Origin: the human T2T-CHM13v2.0 reference genome, Homo sapiens
Direction: 5' to 3' (one strand)
DNA length: 64,000 nt
Assembly: GCF_009914755.1 (NCBI RefSeq)
Contig: NC_060937.1
The notes under the pieces were generated by a model that was not told where the DNA came from, ran no database searches, and saw only the letters and a program-made list of their open reading frames with translations. Positions within the stretch are counted from its first letter, which is position 1. Each line of letters opens with the position of its first letter. Below are positions 1 through 13,246 of this stretch, piece after piece. The translations under genes and the position numbers were made by a program.

Positions 1-452
1 CTGATGGCCAGTCCGGGTCACTGATGTCTCCCCAGGGGCAAGGGGACAGTGCCTGGCTAATTGTGGGTTTCAAAATCTGTCTGTTGAGGGGATGCAGAGG
101 TCATCATTGGGGGGTGAAGCTGATGGTCCACAGAAGCTCTGGGCACAGGTTGGACCTCTTTCCTGCACAAAGAACCCTCCAGGGTGCCCAGTGGTTCTGG
201 CCAGCGCCGGAGCCAGTGACGGTTGGCTTGTTCTGGCCTTCCTCCCCTTCTCACACATGCATTCTCTTGCACACGTGTCACACACATTCCTACACACTCA
301 CACAAATTCTCACACAAATTCCCAGAATCAATCTCCCACATACACATCCAAGTCACACACTCATTCTTACATGCGATTCACAGATTCACATGATTCACAG
401 ATGCAACAGACTCACAGGCATTCACTCTTACATATGACACAGTTGCACACTT

Positions 453-453
453 G

Positions 454-482
<29 letters not shown>
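453..482. repeat. (CA)n microsatellite at the end of a CA-rich low-complexity tract (~255-480)
   Basis: Pure cacacaca run of about 14 units. Confidence 0.95.
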
Positions 483-484
<2 letters not shown>

Positions 485-828
485 TGCAATCCCCTTGCAT
501 CTCCACAGTGTCGAAGGCTGGCTGAACACCAAGGTGGCTCTTGGTGGCAGGACTTCTCATGGGAGGGAAAGTCACATAGCTGGAAGGTTACTAGCTTAGG
601 GACATAATTTCCTTATTGACTATAATCTCCTTATAGAAATTCAACAACTATAGCAGAAAATGGAGAATGAGGACATTTTATTTCTCAAAGTCAACAGTTC
701 CTTTTCTCCTGCACCTTCGGAGCAGGCTCCTGCCTGAGGCTGCTGAGGTGCTCTGGGTTCTCGCTGTTTGTTTTCAGCATCCAGGTTCAGGCTTTTCTCA
801 GTGCATTTTCCTCGGCTGCCCTTGGACT

Positions 829-1148
829 TGTGTTGTCCGGGGTGGTGGCCACTGGCCCCCAGTGGCTACTGAGCAGGGAGAGCAGGGCCCCTCTGTGGTG
901 AGGCGTGCTGCTCGGTGTAAAACACACACGAGATTTTCCAGATGCAGTACTCAAAAGCATGTGAAACTCCTCAGTCATCACTTAAAATATTGATCACAGG
1001 TTGAAATGATTATATTTTAGATACCTTAGGTTAAGTAAAATATATTATTGAAATTTCACCTTCTTTTTGCTTTCTAAAAATGTAGCTCTTAGGAACTTTG
1101 CAATTACCTACATGGCTATTTGTGTGTTATCTTCCTGCTGGGCAGTGT
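829..1148 (-). mobile_element. MER33-like hAT-Charlie DNA transposon relic
   Basis: Matches recalled MER33 reverse complement: gtgtaaaacacacac...ttgaaatgattatattttagata...taagtaaaatatattattgaaatttcacc...tgtagctcttagg...gggcagtg. Confidence 0.75.
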
Positions 1149-4100
1149 GAGACCTTCTCACAGATCCTTCAGAAATGTCAAAGGAAAAGCAAAAATGGTG
1201 GAGAAGGCTGAGCACGTGGCCTCGCGGGAGGCCGGCTCAGAGCTGTTCTGAAGTTGCTTTTGTAACACAGTCTATTCTCAAAGCTCCTTTTCTTTCAATG
1301 GGGCAGGTTGGGGGTGGGGGGGGGGATATTACACCTTGTATTTTACTTCTCGATTCATTTTCTTTCCATTTTAACTTTAATTCCGTCTAATTACTGTATT
1401 GTGAGCTCAGTCAGCAATCTTGCATGAACTCTGCAGTAACTTCTGAAGACTCTTGCTCCAAGTGTTTGATAATGAGGAGATGTGCAGGACTAAGGCGACT
1501 GTGTGATGTCTGCACAGTTCGAAAGCCCGCTTTCCTGTTACTTTCAAATCTCGGGTCAGCATTTTGGAACTTTTCTGCTTTAATTTTTCCACACACACCT
1601 CTCACTGCGACCACCTACCATCACCACAACCCAAAACAAAGCAAACAAACAGAAAGCTTGAACAAGAATTTACATCTGGGAAAACGCTTCTACTCATCAA
1701 GAGTGGAATTCCTTTTTATTCCTATAATTGACTCACAGCTTCAAAAATCTGTGAAGTCATACTTTGGTCACGGAAGTTGCAAGAAACCATATTTGCAAAC
1801 GTTTTATTTTAAAGAAGGTATTTAAAAATATTTCACATATTAGCCACAGATTTCTAGAAGTGAAGTTATAAAAATTAGAAATTATATTTTGCCTTTTGAT
1901 GATAGCAAGTGAAAAGAGATTGCTCCAAGCATGTTTTCAATAAATTCAGTATAACTGCAACACAAAAATTCTGCATGCAGGCTTCATACACACACGTTAT
2001 AATTTTATGCATTTATCTTGAGAGTTGTATAATTAATTTTAAAAATGCAACAGAAATGTGAAGTTAAGTCTACTTTGCCAATAATGGAAATGTCTCATAG
2101 ATAATTTTGAATACAATTAAAATTTTGTTTTTATCATAAAAGGAACTGTCCTGTTGCTCATTATTAGTATGTTGTCCACTTACTGTTCTATTTTTAGCTA
2201 AATTAAATTTAACTAGAGGAAAAAGAAAATGTTGTGCAATACCAAGGATGAGCAAAGTTTTGTGGGTAAACTAATTGAGATGGTTAATTTTGGTATTAAC
2301 TCTTTGGGCAATATCATTCTTGTTAAAATTTAAGTAAGGAACTAGTAGAAATACTTTATTCCTTAATCAAACTACCTGTTTTTGAAAAAAATTGCCAAAG
2401 AAGAAACTAAAAAATTAGCACATATCCTGTTAAAGAGCCATCAACATCCCATTGGAAACTCTAGCACTCTGACTTTGGATGTGTACGATGGTCTGTTCAT
2501 TTAGTATATGTATTACACAGCCTCATTTGCATCATCACCTTATAAAGCCAGAGAGACTCTCATTTGCTTTCTGTTTTTCTTCTTTCCCCTAAGGACTACA
2601 ATGGTTATATACTTTCAAATATTCACAGACGAGATATTCTGGGTAAATAATCTAAGATTAACTAAATTAGGTCAATGTTCATACAGGGCCAGTGTGATAT
2701 ATCCCTTGTGCTGAAATTATCTGGCGTCAGCTACATTGATTGAAAAAGCACTACAGACCCAAAAGGAAAAAAAAAAAAACACACAACTCTTATTACAAGA
2801 TGTCTCAAAAGCAGATAAGAAAGCAACGAAGTCTTCTGGTAAATGAGGGACCTTATCTAGATTTTAATATGGCAGTAGGCAAATTACAAATGTTTCTGCA
2901 AGTTAGACAACTTGCACGGGAAAACAGACGTTCCTAAGGTTCCCATAATTCTAAGCCAGTTATAGAGTTTGCACATCGTCTGTGCTGGTGGGTTCTTTGT
3001 GCTTTTCCTCAAGATACATTCCATATAAGGGCAGAAAAACCATCAAGATTCAGGTCACACTGGCTGGGCTGTTTGACTCACTCTAGGATGGAGATAGCTC
3101 AAGAGAGGGACGCCCGAATGTCATTGTCGGAGGGCTACTTTCTGCTTATCTACATATTGTTTACATCTACTTCACACATTGTTTCTCTCTTTCCGAAAAC
3201 GGCTATTAATATAACAAAGTCCTTATAACAAAACTAAAATGTCAAGGGTTGGAAAAGAAGGTCCTTGAGGCTTTCATACAGAGACCACATTTGCTGAAGT
3301 CAGTAGCATAACTCAGCTTGTTTTCACTGGGTAGCCTCTTTAATAATTTTGCAGGTGAGAAAATGATTTCTTTGATCATTGTGATTATCATCCGTTTATC
3401 AGTCAAAGTTCACTGAATTGTTGCTCCTGTCACCATTATAATCTATTATCACAAAAGGTATTTAACAAGTTGATAATTTGATAGAATGAACAGAATGGCT
3501 GTCAGAACATATATTTCAGAAACAGACACAGACTCATCTAGCAGGCTGCTGCCCACAGAGGATGCCATTCCATTCGAAAATTACTATCTTTAGAGCATAT
3601 TTCTGAGTGGCAATAATGACAGTAACCTTCATCTTCATCTTCAGGACAAAATTAAATTTCTAATGCATGCCTGGGCATGCAAAAAACTAACAAAATAAAA
3701 TGAAGAAGGAAGCCCAACAGCCTAAAACTGGAATTTCTGATTGCATTCTAATACAAAAGTGAGTACTTTGAGGGAGAGTATCATAGTTGTTCAAATACTG
3801 CAGTGAGCCGCAGCTGCAGGTGGGTGTGGACTCTGAGAAGCAGCTGCTGAAACAAGAATTATATAAAGCAAAATAAGTCAGAGGCCGAGATCTAGAATGA
3901 GGAATTAAAAAAAAAAAAGGAAAACATTAAGCTTCATGAAAAACAAGAGAGTTGGAGCTTTGCTCACCCGTCTCCTGTTGAGGTCAGGGGTGAGCTGATG
4001 CCCATGGGGTCAGTGTTCTCCTTCATGTCTTTAGCTTACCCAGCATTTCCGTCCTGTAGCCAGCGCAGCCTTGCTATAGTGTTTGTCTGGGGCAGGTGAG

Positions 4101-4357
4101 ATGGGGTCACCTGCATCCGTGCAAAGAGGGGTCAGCGAGAATTGAACGTGGCCCATGACCTTTTGCCCTCCTTGACTCTTAGAAGCTTCCAGATGCACCA
4201 CCATGATTTGACCTCACGGTCTTGAGCATGAACCCCTATGTGGAGTTGCGGAGAAGCCTTCAGAAGACCCACCACAGGTGTCCTTTCAGTTAGCAGGCTC
4301 ACTGCCCACTGCACTCCACTGGTTTGACCTTCCACGCACCGTCTCACTGCTCTTACC

Positions 4358-4464
4358 AGCCCACCACCCTAGCCCATCACCCTAGCCCACCACCTTAGCC
4401 CACCACATTGGCCCACCACCCTAGCCCACCACCCTAGCCCACCACCCTAGCCAGCACCCTAGCC
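4358..4464. repeat. 13-bp tandem repeat (CCCACCACCCTAG) x ~8
   Basis: Directly visible repeat; G-tract-rich on the minus strand. Confidence 0.95.
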
Positions 4465-4648
4465 TACCTCATGCACCAAACCCAGGACCATCCCAGAAGC
4501 AGACACAGCACACTGAGCCTTCCTCCAAGCCCTCCAGTGCTTCTACTGAAGCGTATTTCTCCCCAGAAGAAAACTAAGTCCATTCCTTCTTTCCCGCTGT
4601 GCATTTTGTGAGGACGGACTGGATGGAGGCCACAGAGCATGAGTCAGA

Positions 4649-4714
4649 TGCCCAGCACACCCGGCTCCTCTCTGATCTGAGACGCCCATCACACCCGGTT
4701 CCTCTCTGATCGGA
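4649..4714. repeat. Two-copy ~34-bp tandem duplication
   Basis: gcccagcacacccggctcctctctgatctgaga / gcccatcacacccggttcctctctgatcggagc. Confidence 0.85.
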
Positions 4715-4964
4715 GCAAATCTAAGGTTTGTGGCTTTTAAAAATGTCTATCTCACGTGTTTCTCTGTTAAAGAGGAAAGGTGGAGGCAAGGGTGGGAAGG
4801 GCCCTCAAAGCTCCTTTCATGGGAGGATCTTTCTGAAGATCTGTGGCATGGTCTTTTATTTCTAGTCCAAAAAAAATTAACTGACACCTTCACTGGAGAT
4901 TATTCATAAGCAAACACGGTAATTTATATTCTTTGATAAGACAGGAAAAGATGATAGGGTAAGA

Positions 4965-5300
4965 ATTCAATGCAGTAGATGTTTGTCAGGTATCTACCAT
5001 ATTTATGGTGCTTTGCAAAGTGCAGGATACGGAAGTAAAGACGTTGGTCATGAATCATGCTCTCATGAAATTTACAACCTTGTAGCGAAGAGACAGTAAA
5101 CACTTGTTCAGCAGGACAACTGCAATTATAGGTAATTCAGTGGGGCACTTAGAAAGGAGTGGCACTCTCCTCCTGGGAGAGGAGAGAACGCTTCCCAGGA
5201 TCTCAGTCTTGAGGAAAGAGGAGAGGAAGGGAAAGACTTTCTTGCAGGGGAACAGCATTTACAGAGGCATGGGGCAGGACATAGCAAATCGTCTTCGGGA
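4965..5300 (-). mobile_element. L2 LINE 3' fragment (degraded)
   Basis: attcaatgcagtagatgtttgtcaggtatctaccatat...gcaggatacggaagtaaagac...gctctcatgaaatttaca resembles the antisense L2 3' end. Confidence 0.5.
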
Positions 5301-6019
5301 AAGTGGGCCCCATACCAAGGGGCAGAGCTACAGGAATAGACGCTTTGATGATTCTGCAGAGGAAAGGATGGTTCAGAGCTGGGTAGTCAGAGAAAGTTCC
5401 CAGAGGAAGATGGAATCTGCTCAGGGCCTCCAAGCAAAGCCCCTGCCTGGAGGGCCTGATTGGAAGGTAGCAGCAGTCCCTCAGCAGAGGAAGTGAGAGG
5501 CTGCACTGGCTTCTTTCCTGAATGCTTGCAGTGTGGGCATGCCTCAGCTTGGCTGAAGCCAAAGACGCTGTTGAGTATGTGAGCAGAGGGTAACCATGTT
5601 GGAGGAGAAGCATCTGGCTGTGCAATGGAGGGCCTTGGACGGCAGGTGCATGAATGCTGACCTGATTCTCTGGGCAGTGAGAACCTCTGGAGTGATTCTG
5701 AGCAGTGGAATACTGCTCAGTGCAGTACTCCTGCACTGAGTGACCTGCAGCATCTTGGTGTATGTATCAGTGTAAGGTCCAAGTGGGGACAGCTCACTAT
5801 GACAGCCGCTGTGAACCTAGTCTTCAAGTACCTCTTGGTCCATGAGAATCGGCCCTTGAGAAAAGTCTTAGCAACTGTACTCATTCAGGGAGAGAGAGAG
5901 ATCCATGCCTGCACTGGAGCAGGTGGGGAGTGGCCACACTCAGGATTCTTGGAACAGGTGAGTGGCCCCTGCGTGGTACACATGGCACCTGGGCCTGCCT
6001 GTATGACCTTCCACAATGT

Positions 6020-6475
6020 CTCCACTATCTGGCCCCTTGTTATCCCTTTGGTTGAATTTTCCATTTACACTTCCCTCTGCTCAACCCACATTAGCCACTT
6101 GACCACTTCCTGCCCCACTACGGGCTCTGGCACCGCTGCTTCCGTTTCCCCAGAGGACTCTGCCCCTCACCTCCTCGCCTCCTGCCATCGGCCCTTTGCT
6201 CAGAGGCCACCTTGTCAGTGAGGCCCTCCTGACCGCCTGTTTAAATTGGCCCCAACCTCTTTTCGTCTTCTTTCATCTCCGTAGCACTTACCCCAGGACC
6301 AAGCCAAATCCCTCCTTGGCTTTCTTTGTGTGGTCTCCGCACCCAGAACCACGCTTCACCCGGGAGGGATTCCTGCCTGTGCAGTGCATGCTGCATCCTC
6401 GGCCTCTGTGCCTGGAACAAGCTGGGTGTGTCCTGGGTGTGTCCTGGATATTTTCGAAGGAAGGAGGAATGAACA
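6020..6475 (+). mobile_element. L2 LINE 3' end
   Basis: ctttgctcagaggccaccttgtcagtgaggccctcctgacc...catctccgtagcacttacc...gcctggaacaagctggg...gaaggaaggaggaatgaa terminal pattern. Confidence 0.6.
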
Positions 6476-8247
6476 CATGGCTGAGGGTGAAACACGATGA
6501 AGGCCATGAGGAGGAGGCCAGCTTTGGAGATGGAGGGAGCGATGTCCTTGGATGCCGAGAGTGAATGGCCTGGGGAAACCCTGTGTGTTTGGGCAGCAGC
6601 CTCTGGCCTCCTGGAAGTAGACGGTCATGATTTTCGGGTGAAACAAGGAGGCAAGGGCGTGATTTCCTCAAGCCACGCAGCGGGAAGTGGAGGGCTGATG
6701 AGTGCCGTGAGTCAGGGGTGAGTTTTGCCAGGTGAGTCCTGGGGCAGCTGGCACTGTGGGATCCTGCCAGGTGAGTGGAAGGGCTGGCCGTGGGTGAGAG
6801 ACGGAAAAGGCGGGTGTAGGACAGCCCAAGTGCAACGCCATTCACTGAGGCACTTTCTGAAGCACAGATGGGGCCCACATGCACAGAAGAAGGTTTGCTG
6901 CATTGGGTAAGAATCATTTTCCGAGCTTTTTTGATGAAAAAATTGAATTGCCAAAATTAATATCTTGATCAAATATAAAATCCTTTTCCCATTATGATGG
7001 GTAATAAAATATACATCTATACTTAATGTTTAAGTGTTTATAGATGACATTTTTGGTTGATTTTTCAAAGAATGAAAGAAATTAAAACTTAATAAATGAG
7101 AGCATTTCAAAACACATCTCAGTACATTCTGTATTCTGGTCTGGAAAAATATTTTCACTTTAAACCTTGTGAACACAAGCTTTGAAATACTGATGACTTG
7201 GCAGTTAGCTCACACACCTTGAGAAAATTCTATTACATCCCATTTGTACAAGCAGAAACGACGTATCTTCTTCCAGAGGATGTTTTCTCCTCTTTGGATT
7301 TAATTGGTGGAAGAACAGAAGGCAGAGCAGGGCTGGTTCATGTGCCCGCCTGGAGAGAGGTGGAGACACTCCGCAGAGCTTCTCTGTGTGGCATCTCAGT
7401 CTCAGGCCCTGCAGGCAGCACGCAGCCCGGCTACGGACACACCAGCTGCACGGCGGCCTGGGCCAGCGTTCGGAGCCCATCCTCGGAGCCCATCCTTAGC
7501 CCCGGCCCCGCACCAGGATGCATGCTGCGTCTCCCACAGGATCACCTCACCCCGCCTTCAACACAACCTCCCAGGAACTTTGTTTGCATCCTTGTGACCA
7601 CTTTAATAATGAGGACACTGCAGGAATCTCGGCTGCAGCAGGGCCCCGAGTTCAGGCTCAGCCATGCTGCTGGGTCGCGTCCCAGACATTTGGAGGACAA
7701 ACACAAGACAGAAAGAGACATGCTTGCCATCCATCAATGCTGATTATTAACAAAACAACACAATAGTGACACCTTCCTATTTTTTTTTAAACAAGATGCA
7801 CCTCTTTTCCCCAAATAAGTAGAGATGATCTGAAAAAAAAGCATGATGCTGGTGAGCCATCCATGTTCACACATTTAAAAAACCCAGTCAATGTTATTGT
7901 CCTTGTTTCCTCTCCAGCTCACTCCTGGAGGGAAGGGCCCCAGGAAGGCGATGCGGGCAGTGGGCTGGCGGGGATGAGGCATGGTCTCTGTGTGCCCAGC
8001 ACCCGGCACACGCCCGTCGGCACAGCCCAAACACTAGCACCTCCTTTCATACCGAAAGGTACCATGCCTGGCTCAGATGATCAAATACGCGGACAACCCA
8101 GTGGAGGGGAAGACGATGAAGGAACATGGGTCAGCAATCCTGAACGTCCTGTGCTCACAGCGAGGACACAGGGGAAACCGAGGCCTGCTATGCGGGGAGA
8201 GCTGTAGAGGGACGGAGGGTGGGCTTGGGGAAACCTGAATGGAGCCC

Positions 8248-8956
8248 TGCAGTGGGCGGAATTGTGGCCCCCCAGGAGACAGGTTGAAGTGTTAAGCCCC
8301 AGCACCTCAGAATGTACCCAGCACAGCGCCCTGGGATCACCTTCCATTCTCCTGTCCCTGTCCCTCCTGTAAGGAAGGAAGGCTGTCTCCATTGGACTTG
8401 GACCATCAGCTCTTAGGACAGTGCCTCGCACCCGCTGGACGTGGTTGTCCAGGAAGGAAAGAAGGGAGGGAGGAACAGAGGCCGGTAAGGAGCCAAGGAT
8501 GAAGAGGGAGAGGAAGAAAGGAAGAGAAGGGACTACACATTAGAAACGGAGTCACTACAGATGTCAACACTGGGTAAGATGCGTGCCTGTCTCATAGACT
8601 TTGCAGCTGTCCACAGGCTACTTCAGCCGGAGTAGAGCCAGCCCTGGTCCGCTACAACTTTGTCCTTAGAGGCGGGGAGAGACACAGTGGGAAGAAAGGG
8701 ACACGGGCGTGAAGATGGAGGCAGAGTGGGGAGTGATGCAGCTGGAAGGCCGGGAACACCAGGAATTGCTGGCAAGTTCCAGTGGCTGGAAAGGGACAGG
8801 AAGGACCCTCTCTAGAGATTTCAGAGACAGCACGGCCCTGCAAACAGCTTGATTTCTGACTTCCAGCTTCCAGGACTGTGATGAAACTGATTTCTGACAT
8901 TTAAGCTCCCCTGTGTGGGACACTCTGTCACCGCAGCCCTGGGGGACAGACAGACA
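8248..8956 (+). mobile_element. MLT1C-like MaLR solo LTR, interrupted by a ~215-bp insertion (8316-8530)
   Basis: TG start tgcagtgggcggaattgtggcccc...gttgaagtgttaagccccagcacctcagaatgt; body gtgaagatggaggcagag...cttgatttctgacttccagcttccaggactgtga; CA end; 5-bp TSD-like agccc/agcct. Confidence 0.8.
8316..8530 (+). repeat. Dispersed direct duplicate of 11465-11682
   Basis: Shared core gatcaccttccattctcctg...taaggaaggaaggctgtctccattggacttgga...cagctcttaggacagtgcct...ggttgtccaggaagg. Confidence 0.92.
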
Positions 8957-10896
8957 AGCCTTGCCGAGCAAACACGGCCCCCGCACACCTGAATGCCTGA
9001 GCAGAACAGTGTGGGCATGTGGTTTTCACGCCCTGCACAGATTCACATGGACGCACCCCAGCTTCCAGTTCTTGGGCCTGCACCAAAGAGAGATGTCCCC
9101 CGGGCGCTGGACCAGCCCAGGGGCTCACCGGGACCAGGTGGCCCACTTAAAACAAGATACCTAAGGGGACTTGGAGGTATCCACCATGGGGCAGTGTGCC
9201 GGGAAGCTAGAATGTCCAGGGCAGTGGGGCAGTACCCTGGGGTCTTCTAGCCCCAGGCCCACAGGGATGGAGGAGACTGCAGCCCTGCCTGGGAGAAGGG
9301 AGATGTGTCTCAGGGCCACAGCTGGAGGGGAGCAGCAACCTTCAGCTGAGGAAGCCACCTGCCCAAAGCCCAGGGAGGAGCAGGAGTGGACACCGCACCG
9401 CCACCTCTGTCTCTCTCCTGCTTCCAGTCCTGCAGGGGGTCCTGGCACCAAACCCAGATGGAGCTCCAGGGCAGAGGGTCGGGACAGCCCAGGGGAGAAC
9501 GCTGCCTAGGGGTGAAAATCTGCAGGCTCCAGGGTCTCCCCTTCCTTACCCGGAAGCGAGAGGTTGAGCCTGCAACCGAGGTCCCTGCAGCAGTAACCTT
9601 GAACCTCCACGCCAAGTGCCGCGGTGGAAGCCCTGGGGGATGGGGGTACATAAACAGAAGTAGTGCAGCCAGCTCCACCTTCGAGGAGGAGGGGGTGCCA
9701 CACAAGCAGGCTTGTGAGCCTCGTGTCGGGGGCGTTGGGGTAAGGTGCTGAGGCCTGGGATTCCGTGCAGTGCTTATCCTGGGTCCCGCCGCACCGGAAC
9801 AGGACGATGGCTGAGCCACATCCCACTCTGTGTGTGGCAGAGGAGAGAGGACGGGGAAACTCTTCGTTTATAAAGAAATACCCAATATGTCCCACTCTAC
9901 TTAATTTGAATTTTCAGGTTGATGTCTCTGTTAGCATTTTCTTTCCACGTGCACACTGAGCCCGCGGTCAGTCCTCGGTCCCACCCCTCCCACTCTGTCA
10001 TCTCTGCTGTGCTGGGCCCAGGGCCTTCAGGGTGACTTGGGCTGGGTGTGGAACCTGCTCTCACGGCTCCTTCCTGAGGTCGTGGATGCTGCATCAGGGG
10101 TGCACAAGGGAGGCCTGAGCACGTGACAGTCGGCCGCAGTGATTTCCCATCTGATTGCATCTGTGCACGGCAGCGCAATTGCCAATCAGTCCTGGAGGAG
10201 ATTAGACTCAGAGCGGCCTTTTCGTGGCTGGGTCCCACCTTGGGATGATTCTAAAAGGAGGCGGCTCTGAGGACGGCCACTTAGGTCTTGGAGGCCCTGC
10301 CACTCAGGGAGCCTGCAAGCTTCTCGGGCTGCAGAGGGGCTGGCGTGTTTTCCAGCCCCCGGATCCCCGCTGGGCCTGCCAAGCCCCAATCAAGGGGCTG
10401 TCGCCGAGGCTGCCCCTTCAAGAGATTGCTGGAGGTGGGTGGGGAGGGGATGGACCATCTCGGGACCCCTAATGGGCTCAGTAGCCTGGGGCTTTCACCA
10501 CAAACCCCAGGCACGGGGAGCATGGCAGGCGACCCCTGAGTGTGCTGTGGCCTCCGTCACAGGCAGGTTGGGAGGTTGTCACCAACAGTGCCAGCCACAG
10601 CAGCCCAGCCCTGTGACGGCTCAGACATGTGGCCACCAGTCGGATCAGGGAACCTGCAGAAGGCAAGAGGCGTGTCTCGGTTCCACTTACAGTCCTCTGA
10701 GAACTCTCAGAGAGAAATCACAGATTCTGAATTTGAATATGAAGAATAATAAATGAGAAATGAAATCACAACTCATATATCGAATGCACCACTGCGCAGC
10801 AGACAGGACTTTAAATAGATTCACGTAGACACATTTCAAAACGGGCAATTTGGATATTAAAACTCAAATGGCATCAGTGACTTTAGGGAGCATGTG

Positions 10897-11340
10897 CCAG
10901 TGACACGCACACAGCTGAGACACACAGTGACACGCACACAGCTGGGACACAGTGACACATGCACGGCTGGGACACACAGTGACACACACACAGCTGGGAC
11001 ACACAGCAACACACACATGGCTGGGACACACAGTGACATACACATGGCTGGGACACAGTGACACACGCATGGCTGGGACACACAGTGACACACACATGCC
11101 TGGGACACACAGTGACACATGCATGGCTGGAACACATAGCAACACATGCATGGCTGGGACACACAGCAACACACACATGGCTGGGACACACAGTGACACA
11201 TGCGTGGCTGGGACATGCAGTGACATGCACACGTCTGAGACACACACAGCGCTGAGACATGCAGTGACACACACATGGCTGAGACACACACATGACTGAG
11301 ACACGCACATGACTGAGACACGCACACGGCTGAGACACAG
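10897..11340. repeat. CA-rich minisatellite, unit ~26-28 bp (GCTGGGACACACAGTGACACACACATG-like), ~16 copies
   Basis: Repeated gctgggacacacagtgacaca motif; explains the Cys/Val/His-rich ORFs here. Confidence 0.93.
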
Positions 11341-11464
11341 CCCTGCTCATGGCACCTGCCTGATGGGGCTGCTGCTAGTCACGAAGACCACTCCTGGGTT
11401 CAGGAGGCCCCTCTGCCAAAAACTCCCCTGCCCTCCTCAACCTGTGTCACTGAGAGGCTCCCCC

Positions 11465-11682
11465 ACCTTGGCACAATGCCCTGTGATCACCTTCCATTCT
11501 CCTGCCCCTGTCATTCCTATAAGGAAGGAAGGCTGTCTCCATTGGACTTGGATCCTCAGCTCTTAGGACAGTGCCTGGCACCTGCTAGACTTGGTTGTCC
11601 AGGAAGGGAAGAAGGGAGGGAGGAAAAGAGGAAGGGAGCCAGTAAAGGATGAAGAGAGAGAGGAAGAAAGGAAAAGAAAGAG
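11465..11682 (+). repeat. Probable donor copy of the 8316-8530 duplication
   Basis: See 8316-8530; this copy continues into the long GA tract, whereas the other copy is truncated. Confidence 0.85.
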
Positions 11683-11940
11683 GAAGAAAGGAAGGGAAAA
11701 AGGAGGGAAGGAAGGGAGGGGGAGAGGAAGGGAGGGCAGAAAGAAGGAAGAGAGGAATGAGGGAAGGGTGGGAGGCAGGGTGGGAGGCAGGGAAAGAAAA
11801 GAAGAGGGAAACGTGGGAGGAATGGAGGGAGGGAGGAAGGGGGTAGAAGGAAGTGGCGAAAAAGAGGGGCGGGGAGGAACGAAGGGAGCGGGGAAGGAAG
11901 GAATGAAGTGTAGCCAAGCAAAGAGAGCAGGAAAGGATTA
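11601..11940. repeat. GA-rich polypurine low-complexity tract
   Basis: About 340 bp almost entirely G/A. Confidence 0.9.
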
Positions 11941-12937
11941 AAGCCAAAACCCTCCAGATAGTGTGGACTGATCCCCTTCCTTCTGTGGTGTCTAAAGGAG
12001 AAAGGGGTGTTTCTGGGACAGCACAGGAGAGCCAAGAGTCTGAGCAGGGGTGAGCTGAGGTCCTGCCACCCCAAATGCCACGGCACCCTCAATGGACCCC
12101 AGACGAGCTCTCTAACAGGGGGAGTCTGTTCTAGCGATCGGCTGGCACAACTTGCCACAAGTCGTATTTTATTTATTATATTTATTTCTGCCATCCTCTA
12201 CTTGCATTATCTAGGAAGAAAAGGCATTCTTTTGCGACAGGTTAAGGTGGGGTAGAAGTAAATGAAGGGACATGATAAAAAGGGGTTCTCCCGACAATGC
12301 AGTGTGGCCTTGCCTGCTCCAGGACAGGCCTAGCTCTGTTCTAAACATCACAATTGTGTGACATTCAGATAGACACAGGCGGCATGACACCAGCGTGAGA
12401 AGTACTTCTAGTCAATCTTGGAAAGGTCGCAACCTGTCTCAGGACCTGCCAATGCTTTTAAAAGGATGAAGACATTTACTCTGACCTTAATAAGGAGCAC
12501 ACGGATCTCTGCCTTTTTACTGGTGTAAACCACCAGTGCTCATCTGCAGCGGAGTGGTCTGAAGCAAAGAGCTATAAAATCTCAGTTTAAAGCCTTGAGC
12601 TAGGAGGCTCCAAATTTGGGTGCAGACGGCTTTTCCCATCACGGATAATGAGATATTTTACCTTTGACAAAAGACTATACATGTAATGTACACAGCTATG
12701 TAAGCTCTAACCTTGCAGATTCTTTCTGTGGGGGTGGCATGGGGTATTCACAAGGTAAATGTGAGGGGATACCTCTCATCCCACGGCCCCTTTTCTGGGA
12801 GTTGAGCTGCATCAGCTTCCTTCTGCAGACGCTTTTGCACTCAGACACGGAGCCGTCCTTCTGTTCTAAGAGAAGCAGTGAGGAAACAACTGCTTAGGCA
12901 TGTTCCAGAAATCCCCAAATGCAAAGAGTAATTATAG

Positions 12938-13246
<309 letters not shown>

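Noticed and set aside
1411-1614. Minus-strand ORF ending ...KHLEQESSEVTAEFMQDC* that looks like a terminal coding exon
   Set aside because: No recognisable homology; the candidate acceptor (gaaagtaacag) lacks a pyrimidine tract; no partner exons found.
5716-5740. 10-bp inverted repeat CTCAGTGCAG-tactc-CTGCACTGAG
   Set aside because: Too short for a pre-miRNA or MITE; plausible by chance.
10857-11350. Cys-rich, keratin-associated/metallothionein-like ORFs
   Set aside because: Translations of a CA-rich minisatellite, open in several frames on both strands.
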